Part shown: positions 35,930 through 46,318 of the stretch, piece after piece
How the letters are laid out: every line of letters begins with the position of its first letter
How positions within the stretch are numbered: the first letter of the stretch is position 1
Source of the DNA: a bacterium
GTDB taxonomy: Bacteria; Acidobacteriota; Thermoanaerobaculia; Multivoradales; J023
Assembly: GCA_024226315.1 (NCBI GenBank)
Contig: JAAELT010000366.1
Span: 4,163-68,162 of the forward strand
Length of the DNA: 64,000 bases
Reading direction: 5' to 3'
Program-made: the position numbers and the translations under genes
The notes under the pieces: model-generated
What the model was told of the DNA's origin: nothing
What the model saw: the letters and a program-made list of their open reading frames with translations, nothing else
The model's database searches: none

Positions 35930-38900
35930 ATGGAGAAGAAGCTGCAGAGTGAGGGCACGCTCGGTCCCGACGATCTCTACATCGAGCGGCCGACCGACAA
36001 CCAGCTGCACGGCTGGCTAACGGAAGGCCGTGTCTGCTACGTAGTCGGCAGTCGACGGGCCGGAAAATCGAGCCTCGCGAAGAGGATGATCTGGCGTTTG
36101 GAGGAGCAAGGCTACCGCGGTTGCAAGATCGACTTCGACAAGGGGAGCGTCGATGCCAAGAGTGAAGAGGAGTGGTATCGGGGTCTGGTGCTCGACGTCG
36201 GTAAATCCTTACTACACTGGCGGTACGACCAGTCGCTGAACTGGTGGCACGAGCATGCCCTAGTTACCCCTTTGCCGCGCTGGGGCCTCTTTCTCGAGGA
36301 AGCGATCCCGGCGTCCTGCGCCGAGGAGGTGGTTATCTTCTTCGACGAGCTCGAAGCCGTGAGGCGGGTGGAGAAATCCCTCGGAACCCGGCCGGGCCTG
36401 ATCCTCGACGACTTCCTGCTGGCGATCCGGGCCCTTTGCAACGAGCGCAGCACCAGCGCGGGGCTCAGACGCCTGCACTTCTGCTTCTTGGGAACCCTCG
36501 CGCCGGCGGATCTCATTGCCGACGCGAGCCGTTCGGACTTCAACGTCGCCGAGCCCATCTATCTTGAGGACTTCAGCCTGGCAGAGTGCAAGGCGTTCTT
36601 GCCGCCGCTCGAGAAAGTCAGCGACAAGCCCTGGGCGCTGCTGAAGTCGATCTTCCAGTGGACCGAGGGGCATCCGTCGATGACCCAGAAGCTGGTCAAG
36701 ATCCTGACCGAGCAGACCGAGCCAGGCCAAGCCAATCGCGCTCTTCTGGCCGAGCTGATCAAAAGTGAATTCCTGCGCAGCGGGCGTCAGGACGATTTCA
36801 GTCTGAGCTACGCTGAAACACGGATGTCGGAGGATGAACGTAACGCGAGTGTTGTCGAGAAGCTGGAGCTTTACCAGGATGTGCTGCGGGCGCCGGTCGA
36901 CCTCCGGCCTGGCGACCCGGTCCAGCTGGCGTTGCGCCTCGCCGGGATCGCTGCCCAGCGCCGGGACGAAGACTTCGACGAGCTGGTACTCAGCCGGCGG
37001 AACCGGATCTTTGAGCGGGTCTTCGATCGCGTCTGGCTGCAGAAAGTGCGCTCGACGCCGCGTCCACCGATCGCTCGGCTGGAGACGCGGGCAGCCGAGG
37101 AGCCCGTGGTGTCTAGCCCCGGACTAGAGCGGATGACGCGCATCGTCGACCAGCTCTTCTGCGAAGCTGAGACGGCGCAGTTCGGGCCCTTCGAGCGCCT
37201 GGGCCAGGGCGCCGAGCTGCTCGCGGGAATGCTCTTTCAGTTTTCGCTCCAGGATGAGGCGAGCCTCAAGACCGCTAACCTGGTGATCTTCCACGGCCTG
37301 GGCGAGCTCGGCGGCGAAATGTGGGAACAGGAGGTCCGGTCGCTGGCGCGGCTGTCGGCGCGATCTCACGAAAGCCTGCCGCGAATCCTAATGGGCGGCA
37401 AGGAGCCGGAGCGCAACCTCGCGTTCATCGTCACCGAGGCGGCGTACCACACGCTCGACGAGCCCGGGGCGATCGAGTTTCTGCGCCGCAACAGGCTCGA
37501 AGGCGTCCGCCAGTTCATGCTTCTCGCCGACGCCCTGAGCTTGATGCACGGCAACGGCATCCAGCACCGCAATCTCTGGGCCGGAGCCGTCGAAGTGCTG
37601 GACACCGAAAGCCTGAGACTGCGCTTGTCCCGATTCGAGATGACGTCCCTGGTCTCCAATCTGCTGCGCCGGGTCGGCGCCGGCCAAGAGCCCAGAGACT
37701 CGGTGCAGCGCTTCTTCGAGAGCCAGGGCAGGTACGCTCTGGCCTGCGCTCCTCCGGAGCGCCTGGCCTTGCTCTACCCCGACCGCGTTCCGGTCGCCGG
37801 AACCCGAAACCACCCGCGGGCAGTCGCCGATACCCGGGAGGATGCGCGCGCCGACGTGTTCGGTCTCGCGGTCCTCGCCTACCAGTGGCTCGTGGAGGCT
37901 CTCCCCGGAGATTTGGTCGAAGCGGCCTTTCCGGCCTCCGGCTATGACCATGACACCCGGTGCCGGCTCGACGAGACGATGCGCCACCGGATCGAAGCTG
38001 TACGCCTGCCTCAGGCTCTGCGGGTCTTGTTGCTCGAGATGCTGGAGTTCGAGCGCCTCGACAAGCGGCCGACCTCGGCTCGAGTGGTCGAGGACCTTCA
38101 CCGCAACTGGGAGGAGATAACGGACTTCTGGGCCACCACCAGCGAGCTACCCCACGTGTTGGCCTGCATACCCCGCGAGACCGGAGCGGTGCTCCGCAAC
38201 CGCAGCCTGATGAGCCACGACACCGAGAGCCGAGCCGGGATCGTGGAGCTGCTCTTCGTGATCTCGGACGATCTGCGGAATGGCGTGATCACTTACTCGC
38301 CGGAAGGCGCCGCGCCCTACCTGGCAACGTCGGACCCACGGCTGAAAGAGGCCCACTACGCGATCATCGGTCGCCACTCCGCCTACTTCTGCGAGTTCTT
38401 CGAAAGCCGCAAACCCTGGCAGGAGGGAAGCGGTGGTCTGGTGCTCGAACAGGTCCTCATCGCACGCTACGTCGTACCACGCGAGCGCGTCGGGCGGCTC
38501 GACAACAATCCGCTGCGCAAACGCTTGCCGCCCATCGAGCTGCTGCCCATCCATGCCAAGAAGCTGCAGCGGCCCGAGATGACCGCCGATCACCCTTCGT
38601 GGAAGCCGCTGTTGCGCTCGATCGAGCGTGCCGACGCGCCTCCATGGCACATCAACTTCGGGATGGCGCTCGACTGGCTGCTGAAGCTCCAGAAGGTGGA
38701 AATCGACGCCCGCTGTTACGCCGTGGAAGTGGACGATCAGATTGTGACCTACGATGAGACCCGTGACAAGTACCGCATTCACAACGACGATCTGTTCGAC
38801 CTCTATGCCGAGAAGAGCCGCCTACGAGCAAGCGATTTCTTTCAAAAGCTGTGGGATTCCGAGCGCCAGCCGATGTTGGTGCAGCCCGACGAGCAAGGCA

Positions 38901-40738
38901 AGCCGGGTCGCAACCGCTACCTCCATCGCGTCGCCTTTTATCGCCGCTGGCGCGACCCCGGAGCCTTCGAGGTTGAATGGAAGAACCAGAGCGCCGCGAC
39001 GAACGAGAAGGCCTGGGTCCGGCCGCGGGACGATCATCATTCCGAAGCGCTGCTGCGCGAGCAGATGCGGGCTCGCCACCGCTTGCTCGAGATCCCGGCC
39101 CTCGTCGATCAGCTGGACAAACCGGTCACCATGGTCCACCAGTATCTGTCCTGGCCAGACGTCGGGGAGGGGCTCGAGGGCAACGCCCCTGAAGTGATCC
39201 AGGCCCTGCTCAGCACGCTGCCTTTCTTCGCCATCCAGGGACCGCCGGGCACCGGCAAGACCGAGGTGGCCTCCCGCGCCATCGCCCACAGCCTGTGGCG
39301 GGACCGCAGCCTGCGCATCCTGGTGTCTGCCCAATCGCACTTCGCCCTCGACAATCTCGCCGAACGCATCCTGAAACGCGTCGGGGAGCTGGGTTTGAGC
39401 GACGACGTGCAAATCCTGCGGGTGGCGTCGAAGCACGCCAAGCCGAGCGAAGTGATGGCAGAGTACAGGCTTTCCAAGCAGGTTCCGAAGCGCATCCGGG
39501 AGATCGAGAACAATTGCAGGAGCCAGATCGAGAGGCTGGCCGGCATGCCGGAGAATCAGACGAAGGTGGAGGTTCTCGAGGAGTGGCGCAAAGAGGTCCG
39601 AGAGTCCGACTTCGAGATCCGCAGCCGGATCCGGCGCGGCGCCAATCTGGTCTTCGTCACGTGCGGCAGCGCAACGGACCGCCATCTCGTGACCGGCGTC
39701 GATTTCGATGCCTTCGATTGGGTTTTCGTCGAGGAGGCGGCGAAAGCTTGGCCCACCGAGCTCGCCATGCCACTCGTCCACGGCATTCGGTGGGCCCTGA
39801 TCGGAGACCACAAACAGCTGAAGGCCTTTCGCCGGATGGACGTGGAACGGATCCTCGCCGCCTGTGCCCAGAAGCCCAAGAGCGATCTCCGCGAACACGG
39901 CGAGCGGCAAGTAGAGTACGTCAGGGTCTTCGATCTTTTCAAGAGCCTGTTCGACGACGACGATTCCCGGGAGATCCAAGGATTCCAGCGCAAGGAACGG
40001 CCCTTTAGGATGCTCGAGTGGCAGTTCCGAATGCGCCCCGAGATCGCCGCGGTGGTCAGCGAAGCCTTTTACGACGGCAAACTCAAGACCCACCGCAAGG
40101 CGGCGGAGCGCGAGCACGGCCTGACCTCTCCTCCCTGGCTGGTAGACCAGGCCCTGGTCTGGCTCGACACCAGCACCCACAGCGACCGCTGGGAAGGGCC
40201 GCGCGAGAACAAGCTGGAAGTGCGCCTAGTCCGGGCTCTGGTCCAGCAGCTGTGGGAAGGCTCCGGGCGAGACGAGAAACTGCCTGAGCGGCTCACGATC
40301 CTGTCTCCTTACACCGCCCAGCTCGAACGTCTGAAGGGAGAAATCGACCGCCGCTTCCTCGATTGTCTGCACACCCTGGATTCTTTCCAGGGCCGCGAAG
40401 CCGACATCGTGATCGTCTCGCTGGTTCGCTGCAATGGCGCCTCGCGAGACAGCCCCATCGCGCGCCTGGGCTTTCTCACTGAGCACAATAGGGTCAACGT
40501 CCTCTTCTCGCGTGCCCGCGTGTTGCTGATCCTCGTGGGCAGCTACGATCACTTCGCGGCCGAAGACGCGAAGGACGAAGACGACGAGCTCTTCGACGCC
40601 AGCGCGCGCCGGGCCTTCTGGCCAGTGGTCTGCGAGCAGGTGCGGCGCCATGGAAAGATCCTGCGCGTCGATGGGGAGACCAATCTCCTGTCCGGCACCG
40701 GTCGGCGGCCCGATGGGGCTTCTGGAACCTCGCCATGA
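35930..40738 (+). CDS. AAA_35 STAND ATPase + degenerate Ser/Thr kinase fold + UPF1/DNA2-like SF1 helicase (MkoA-like with added STAND)
   Basis: LYIERPTD, GSRRAGKSS, VIFFDELE, WTEGHP; kinase-fold MHGNGIQHRNL, APPE, ADVFGL, KRPT; helicase QGPPGTGKT, VEEAAK, GDHKQL, QFRM, DSFQGREAD, RVNVLFSRAR. Confidence 0.88.
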   Translation: MEKKLQSEGTLGPDDLYIERPTDNQLHGWLTEGRVCYVVGSRRAGKSSLAKRMIWRLEEQGYRGCKIDFDKGSVDAKSEEEWYRGLVLDVGKSLLHWRYDQSLNWWHEHALVTPLPRWGLFLEEAIPASCAEEVVIFFDELEAVRRVEKSLGTRPGLILDDFLLAIRALCNERSTSAGLRRLHFCFLGTLAPADLIADASRSDFNVAEPIYLEDFSLAECKAFLPPLEKVSDKPWALLKSIFQWTEGHPSMTQKLVKILTEQTEPGQANRALLAELIKSEFLRSGRQDDFSLSYAETRMSEDERNASVVEKLELYQDVLRAPVDLRPGDPVQLALRLAGIAAQRRDEDFDELVLSRRNRIFERVFDRVWLQKVRSTPRPPIARLETRAAEEPVVSSPGLERMTRIVDQLFCEAETAQFGPFERLGQGAELLAGMLFQFSLQDEASLKTANLVIFHGLGELGGEMWEQEVRSLARLSARSHESLPRILMGGKEPERNLAFIVTEAAYHTLDEPGAIEFLRRNRLEGVRQFMLLADALSLMHGNGIQHRNLWAGAVEVLDTESLRLRLSRFEMTSLVSNLLRRVGAGQEPRDSVQRFFESQGRYALACAPPERLALLYPDRVPVAGTRNHPRAVADTREDARADVFGLAVLAYQWLVEALPGDLVEAAFPASGYDHDTRCRLDETMRHRIEAVRLPQALRVLLLEMLEFERLDKRPTSARVVEDLHRNWEEITDFWATTSELPHVLACIPRETGAVLRNRSLMSHDTESRAGIVELLFVISDDLRNGVITYSPEGAAPYLATSDPRLKEAHYAIIGRHSAYFCEFFESRKPWQEGSGGLVLEQVLIARYVVPRERVGRLDNNPLRKRLPPIELLPIHAKKLQRPEMTADHPSWKPLLRSIERADAPPWHINFGMALDWLLKLQKVEIDARCYAVEVDDQIVTYDETRDKYRIHNDDLFDLYAEKSRLRASDFFQKLWDSERQPMLVQPDEQGKPGRNRYLHRVAFYRRWRDPGAFEVEWKNQSAATNEKAWVRPRDDHHSEALLREQMRARHRLLEIPALVDQLDKPVTMVHQYLSWPDVGEGLEGNAPEVIQALLSTLPFFAIQGPPGTGKTEVASRAIAHSLWRDRSLRILVSAQSHFALDNLAERILKRVGELGLSDDVQILRVASKHAKPSEVMAEYRLSKQVPKRIREIENNCRSQIERLAGMPENQTKVEVLEEWRKEVRESDFEIRSRIRRGANLVFVTCGSATDRHLVTGVDFDAFDWVFVEEAAKAWPTELAMPLVHGIRWALIGDHKQLKAFRRMDVERILAACAQKPKSDLREHGERQVEYVRVFDLFKSLFDDDDSREIQGFQRKERPFRMLEWQFRMRPEIAAVVSEAFYDGKLKTHRKAAEREHGLTSPPWLVDQALVWLDTSTHSDRWEGPRENKLEVRLVRALVQQLWEGSGRDEKLPERLTILSPYTAQLERLKGEIDRRFLDCLHTLDSFQGREADIVIVSLVRCNGASRDSPIARLGFLTEHNRVNVLFSRARVLLILVGSYDHFAAEDAKDEDDELFDASARRAFWPVVCEQVRRHGKILRVDGETNLLSGTGRRPDGASGTSP

Positions 40739-43700
40739 CCCATCGTGTTGTCGAGATCTTCCTGCCGTGCGAGGTGTTCGACGTCGAAGTCGTGCTGGCG
40801 CCGGACGCAACCCTGTCGCCCCTCGAGCTGTTGGCCCTCAAGGCGCTGAACGGCGGCGTCGAGCGGTTCGAAGAACTCTCGGACCTCTTCGGCATGGGGC
40901 AGCGCCCCACCCTGACTCTCGTCTTCGACCTGTGGCGAGCAGGTCTGCTTTCGATCGATCTGGCGAGGAACCAGCTGCAGCTGGTCAATGCCGTCAGAGA
41001 GCGGCTCGAAAACGGGGAGCTGGAGGACTTGAGCGCCTGCCGACGCGTCCAGCGGTCGGTCGGCCTGATGCAAGAGCTGATCTCTGGCAACATTCTGCCG
41101 TTGCTCGAGTTGCCCCGACAGGTGCGCGGCGGCTACGTCAGCCCCGAAAGCTATCCCTATGGCTCCTTCCGGCGAGCCCCGCGCGCCGAGATGCTCGACG
41201 TGCTTAGCCGGCTCGCCACCCGCTTGGAAGAAGCCCACCCAATGAAGGTACTCGGCTTCCATTTGAAGAGCGATAGCCTGGTGGTCGATACTCCGGGCCG
41301 CAGGCGGCTTCTGCGCGCCTTCGTTGAATGCCGGCGGTCGCGCTCCGGACGCCTGACGTTTCGCCTCGTGGAGCCGGCGGAGCTCTCGGGCAAAACGCGT
41401 CAAGACATCGAGGGCCGTCTTTCTGTCATGGCAGAGGACATGGCGGACGAGCTCTTCTTCAAGAACCTGCGCCAGGGCGCCGAAGTCGAGAGCTCGGGGG
41501 TCGCGGCGCGGCGCCAGCCGGTCGCGGGCTTGCGGCTGGCCCTCGGCGAGCTGGACTCGATCGACGATCCCGGCGAGATCGATACCCATCACGAGAAGCT
41601 CCTCGAGCATGCCGTCGGCGTCCAGGATCTGCTGCGACGACGGCATCTGGAGCGGGCCCGGGTCCAGATGTTGGTGCATACCGAGAAGATCAAAACGCAG
41701 GTCCACAGCGACATCAGCGTGGCGAAAAAACAGCTAGTGCTGGGAATCCCGCGGCCGCACTATCACCGCAACGCGCCTTGGGTAGCGATCGTGCGCAGGC
41801 TGCTGAAGCAGCGGGACAACGGCCCGGTCAAGGTCTTCTTCTATTGGGGGGCGCAGCCGGACGACGAGCTGGAGAGCGGGCTCTCGAATCTTTTCGAGGA
41901 TCTGGGGCGGGAAGGCCGGTTCTTCTGGAGCAGCTTCTCGGCCTGTTCGCGGAGCTTCTTCCTCGTCCGCGACATGGACCTGGTGGTGACCGGCAACGCC
42001 GACGTGCTGACCGGCTCGCCGTCGAAGGAAGAAACGCTATTGTGCCTGCGCCTTCGTGCCCGGGAAGGCGAGGTCTCTTGCCAGGCGGCGCTCGACCTCC
42101 TGGACCACGTCTACCGCACCTTTCCGAATTACGAAGCGGCGCGGCAGATTCTCACGCTGCCGGAAGAGGGCTGGCCGCCGGCGCCGAGTGAAGGTGCGCC
42201 GCGGGAAGTCGAGCTGCCGCGGGAGCCCGACCTCGAGGAGGTCTCCGAGGTCTATGCCAGGGCGCTGCTCTCCGGCTGGAAGGAGGATTGGCGAAACGCC
42301 GCCGAGGTGCTCTTCGATCGCCACGAGCACAGTGAGGAAACGGCGACGCTGGTCTCGCAGGGCGAGCAGAGAGACCGATTGCTGGAGCTGGCGGAGTCCG
42401 CGAAGCAAAGGGTGGTCATCGCTTCCGGCGAGCTGTCAGAGGCGGCGCTCGACGACAACCTCTTCGCCGCTCTCGGCAAGGCGAAGTCGGCGCAAGCCAG
42501 CATCCAGTTGCTCTACGGCCAGGTCCGCCGGCACGAACAGGCGGCGGGGTCTCGCCTGCGGAAGCTCGCCAAACAGCATCTCGGAGAGCGCAAGGTCCAC
42601 CAGGGGCGGGTTCTGGGCGGACTGGCGATCATGGATGACACAGTCATGCTGAGCAGCATGCACTTCCTGGCCAACAGCAGAGTCTCCGCCGGCCTTCGCA
42701 AATCCCGCGAGTGGGGGATCGTTGCGCGCAGCAGAGAGGCGGCCGACACGGCCATTGGCAAGCTCACCGAGCTTGGCGTCCCGCCTACGGCCTCCACCCG
42801 GATGATGCCGGAGCGCGCCGTGGACAAGAGACGGTCGGAGGTTCCGTTGCGCTCGCGGCTCTATGGCGACCTCCGGGAGCTGGTGGAGAATCTCGCAAGG
42901 GCCGGTGCCGACCTGGAGGCTGCCGTCGGTGCCGATCCGGGGAAGGCACTCGCGCTCGAGCCACGTCGGGCGTGTTCGAAGATCCTCGGCCATTGGTTGG
43001 AGGACCCGGCCTCGAAGAACCAGCACGCCTTGCCGTGGCTGCTCAGAGAGTTGCCCCATCTCAGGCCGATCCTCCTCGCCGGGTATCTGGAACACGGTCT
43101 CTTGGGTCCCGGGGAGACGGTGCAGCACCTAGCCGAGCTCACTGCGCGTCACTGGCAGGAAGGGAGCTTTCACGAAGCGGCGGTGCTGCTTGCGGACCTC
43201 GGAGAGCTGGACGCGCCGCCGGCGGCTCTGCCGCCACTGTGGCTGGCGATGTTGGCGGCGCAAGCCGGCGACGCCTCGTGGCTGGCGAGCCATCTGCTCG
43301 ATCTGGCCGAACGCGAGCTCTCCGGTCCGCAGCGTGTCGGGGTCGCCGCGGTGGCCTGCCTGGCCGTGACTGAGGGGGTCGAGGAGGCCACACTGGCGCT
43401 GCTTGAGCTCGCGCCACGGTTGCCGCCGCCGTTGGCGCGGTGGTCCGCTGCGATCCTCTCGTATTACTCCTGCACCGGGAATCCGATCCCGCAACGCGGC
43501 TTCATCGAGCACGAAGCAGCCGCGCACCGTGCCCAGGAGGCGCGTCGACACGTGGAGCAGACTTTTGAGGAGATGGCGGAGCTCGACCTGCACACTGAGT
43601 TGGCGTCGGCGGCTTGGTCGCGGCTCCTCGACGTGAGCTGTGAGCTCGGACGATGCCTCGCCGACGCCCAGGCCTCGCGCCCCGATGCCGCGGTGATGCG

Positions 43701-44043
43701 CGTGAGTGGGTTGAAACGAGAAGGTCTCGAGCGTCTGATCAAGGGCACCATACGTGGCATGCGGAGCCAAGTGCGCGAGAAGGGGCATTTCATGGAGATG
43801 GACATCAATAACATGCTCGCCGCCACGCGCCGGCTGATCGATGCCACGGAGACTTGGACGGCGGAGGAGGAAGCGTCGCAGCATGCCGAGCAAACCGCGG
43901 CTCTGAGGCCGGAGCTCGACGTCCTGGTCGAGGAGCTGCGGTCTACGCGCCCGCAGCTCGGGGAGCTCGCAGAGAGCCGCGAGGAGAGCGTCGAAGGTCC
44001 CGTGCTGCGGCTCCTGCTCGACCGACTCTCTTTTCTGACCTGA
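40735..44043 (+). CDS. Large protein with N-terminal wHTH-like region and two degenerate PLD-like domains (MkoB-like)
   Basis: DISVAKKQLVLGIP..VKVFFYWG..FLVRD..VVTGN and AESAKQRVVIASGEL..IQLLYG..LAIMDD..MLSSMHFL..REWGIV; HxK residues absent. Confidence 0.7.
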   Translation: MTHRVVEIFLPCEVFDVEVVLAPDATLSPLELLALKALNGGVERFEELSDLFGMGQRPTLTLVFDLWRAGLLSIDLARNQLQLVNAVRERLENGELEDLSACRRVQRSVGLMQELISGNILPLLELPRQVRGGYVSPESYPYGSFRRAPRAEMLDVLSRLATRLEEAHPMKVLGFHLKSDSLVVDTPGRRRLLRAFVECRRSRSGRLTFRLVEPAELSGKTRQDIEGRLSVMAEDMADELFFKNLRQGAEVESSGVAARRQPVAGLRLALGELDSIDDPGEIDTHHEKLLEHAVGVQDLLRRRHLERARVQMLVHTEKIKTQVHSDISVAKKQLVLGIPRPHYHRNAPWVAIVRRLLKQRDNGPVKVFFYWGAQPDDELESGLSNLFEDLGREGRFFWSSFSACSRSFFLVRDMDLVVTGNADVLTGSPSKEETLLCLRLRAREGEVSCQAALDLLDHVYRTFPNYEAARQILTLPEEGWPPAPSEGAPREVELPREPDLEEVSEVYARALLSGWKEDWRNAAEVLFDRHEHSEETATLVSQGEQRDRLLELAESAKQRVVIASGELSEAALDDNLFAALGKAKSAQASIQLLYGQVRRHEQAAGSRLRKLAKQHLGERKVHQGRVLGGLAIMDDTVMLSSMHFLANSRVSAGLRKSREWGIVARSREAADTAIGKLTELGVPPTASTRMMPERAVDKRRSEVPLRSRLYGDLRELVENLARAGADLEAAVGADPGKALALEPRRACSKILGHWLEDPASKNQHALPWLLRELPHLRPILLAGYLEHGLLGPGETVQHLAELTARHWQEGSFHEAAVLLADLGELDAPPAALPPLWLAMLAAQAGDASWLASHLLDLAERELSGPQRVGVAAVACLAVTEGVEEATLALLELAPRLPPPLARWSAAILSYYSCTGNPIPQRGFIEHEAAAHRAQEARRHVEQTFEEMAELDLHTELASAAWSRLLDVSCELGRCLADAQASRPDAAVMRVSGLKREGLERLIKGTIRGMRSQVREKGHFMEMDINNMLAATRRLIDATETWTAEEEASQHAEQTAALRPELDVLVEELRSTRPQLGELAESREESVEGPVLRLLLDRLSFLT

Positions 44044-44054
44044 GGAGGAGCACC

Positions 44055-45998
44055 GTGGAGCTACCAGCCGGCTTTCTTCGTGGATGGTGCGAGTCCTGGA
44101 GGTACCCGTCGATCTGGATCGCGCGCTGTCGGGAGCGCAAGCAGGGCTCGACGTCACTTACCTCGGAGGGTGCGCGGCGAAGCCTGATCGAGCACCACGC
44201 AATGCCGGCTTCCGCCGAACAGGTCTTCGCGGAGATTCTCGAGAGAGGAGAATTCGACGCGACCTCTGAGCTCCTACAACACGAGCCTTTCCAGAGCGCG
44301 TTGTCACCGGAGTCCAGCCTCGGCGCCCTGGAGGAGGATTTGCAGACGCGCCGCCAAGAAACGGCGGAGTCGCTAGAAGCGTCATGGCAGCTGGCGTGGG
44401 GGCGCGCCAAGCGGCTGCGACTCTCGACGACCGCTCGCGAGCTGGGGCTGGTGAGCGAACAGGTCCCCGAGTGGAGTGAACTCGAAGCGCTGAACTCGTC
44501 GAGCGCTGGCGCGGCCCGGCAAGAACTGATGGACTTTCGCGAGAAACTGGCCCACCTCGAGCGGCAGCTCACCGAAGCGTTAGGCGAGAGGATCCGCGAG
44601 GCTCGAGAAACGGCGGACGGCAGCTTCCCCGAGGAGCGACTGGCGGCGGCCGAACGCTCCCTCGAGCAGGGGAACGACGAGGTGGCGGAGTATCTGCTCT
44701 ACCCGCCGGCCGTTATCGAGCTGACCGAGGTTCCGGACATCGAGCGCGCGCCCAGTTGGTTTTGGGGAATGTCCGACTCCCACGCCGCCATCGCCCAGCA
44801 GCTGCTGGGCGGCACGACCGCATCCCCGGGGGCGGTTGATCACTGGGCGCCGCCGAGCGGGGACCGTTGGGGGCCGCTCTTGCTCCGACGTCTGCAACTG
44901 CTTCTCGAAGTTCAGGCTGAGGACGCGTCGTCGGCGTTTGCCGTTTTCTGCCAGGCCTTGACCGGCTTTCTTTTCGGCGAGGCAGTCGAGGCGCCCGAGG
45001 TGGAGCTCCGGGACGGTTTCTTCTCGAGTCGCCTCGAGGCTGCGAGTTCGCCTTGGCTGCCAGCCCTGGCGGCGCGACATGGGCGCGACCTCCCCATCGC
45101 CATGCCCGACCCGGCCGCCGGAACGCCATCCAACCTCGACGACCTCCGCAACCTGGTCCTGGTGTTCGATCCTCGCGAGAGCGTCTCTTTGCCGCGAGGC
45201 GCCCTGCCCGTCACGCCGGATCTCCTCTTTCGCCTCATGCCCAGGCCGGGAAAACGTGCGATCTTCTTTTATTCCGAGATCGGCTACCGGATTCCGTTCG
45301 ACCAGGCGCTACCGCGCAAGTTGCCGGTCGCAAGCGCCATTGGGCGATCGGTACCGGAGAGCGACCGGTTGGCGGAGCGCTATCTGGTCCGAGGTGGGCC
45401 ACGCGAAATCACTTTCACCACGGCCATTCGTCTGGTCTCCACGTTCTTGAAGATCCTGGGGCTGGAGCGCGAGCAGCTCGAGCGGATGATCTTCTACGCG
45501 AATGGGCGAGCCGACTTCCTGCGCGAAATCCTTCGTGGGATCTTGTCACGCATGCCTCACAGAAGCCGGTTCGGATGCCGCCTGACCGAGCGGCTCATCG
45601 AAGAGACCTGGGCCGATCCCCAACTACAGCAGCGACTCGTAGAACTGGTTCTCAGCCCCCTGGAGCGATTGCTGGTTCCGCGGCTGGTGCTCGGTTCACT
45701 TCTTTTCGATTATTCGACCTCGAGTCGAGAACCCGGGCCGTTCTCCGCCGATATCCAGAGCACCCTCGATGCCATCGGCATCTGGACCGAAGAGCTGCAG
45801 GATCCCCAATGCATCAAGGAGGCTCTAACGGATCTCGAAAGATTGGGAATTCTGCAGCAGGTTAGTGACGAGATGTTCCGCTTTGCTGCCAGAGGTCTCG
45901 AGAGACTGATCCTCAGAACGCTCTCTCCGGATCTGGAAGCCTATATTGGACGGGCAGTCGAGGAACTTAAGGCTGAGAATACCGGCACGACGAGCTGA
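44055..45998 (+). CDS. Hypothetical protein: coiled-coil + STAND-like lid/wHTH without a P-loop
   Basis: GAGGAG RBS + GTG 44055; IFYANGRADFLREIL (lid-like) and ALTDLERLGIL (wHTH-like); no Walker A seen. Confidence 0.65.
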   Translation: MELPAGFLRGWCESWRYPSIWIARCRERKQGSTSLTSEGARRSLIEHHAMPASAEQVFAEILERGEFDATSELLQHEPFQSALSPESSLGALEEDLQTRRQETAESLEASWQLAWGRAKRLRLSTTARELGLVSEQVPEWSELEALNSSSAGAARQELMDFREKLAHLERQLTEALGERIREARETADGSFPEERLAAAERSLEQGNDEVAEYLLYPPAVIELTEVPDIERAPSWFWGMSDSHAAIAQQLLGGTTASPGAVDHWAPPSGDRWGPLLLRRLQLLLEVQAEDASSAFAVFCQALTGFLFGEAVEAPEVELRDGFFSSRLEAASSPWLPALAARHGRDLPIAMPDPAAGTPSNLDDLRNLVLVFDPRESVSLPRGALPVTPDLLFRLMPRPGKRAIFFYSEIGYRIPFDQALPRKLPVASAIGRSVPESDRLAERYLVRGGPREITFTTAIRLVSTFLKILGLEREQLERMIFYANGRADFLREILRGILSRMPHRSRFGCRLTERLIEETWADPQLQQRLVELVLSPLERLLVPRLVLGSLLFDYSTSSREPGPFSADIQSTLDAIGIWTEELQDPQCIKEALTDLERLGILQQVSDEMFRFAARGLERLILRTLSPDLEAYIGRAVEELKAENTGTTS

Positions 45999-46198
45999 GC
46001 GTCGTTGGTCAACGGCCGGATGGCTGAGCGCAGTACCAGCGCTGGCTCGTTCTCGTCGAAGTCAGCGGGGGTGAAGGATCGGCAATCCGGATCGATGTAG
46101 CTCTTGGCCAAGAACTCGACATCGCTGAACTCGTCCGAGATTCTGGCGATCGCGGTGCGGTGGTCGTCGTGGATCCAGGAGTGATGGGGAGTCGGCAT
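45941..46198 (-). pseudogene. Probable truncated gene (N-terminal remnant)
   Basis: Protein-like start (FLAKSYIDPDC...PADFDENEP) that runs convergently 58 bp into the previous gene. Confidence 0.4.
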
Positions 46199-46318
46199 TG
46201 GACGCTCCAAGGCATCGGGATGTACCGGTGAACACTAAGCGGCGGCGATTCTCTGCGCTCTTCCGTCGAAGCCGATGGGCGGGAGTTGGCGTCTGGCGCG
46301 GGCCGCCGAGCGGCGGAC

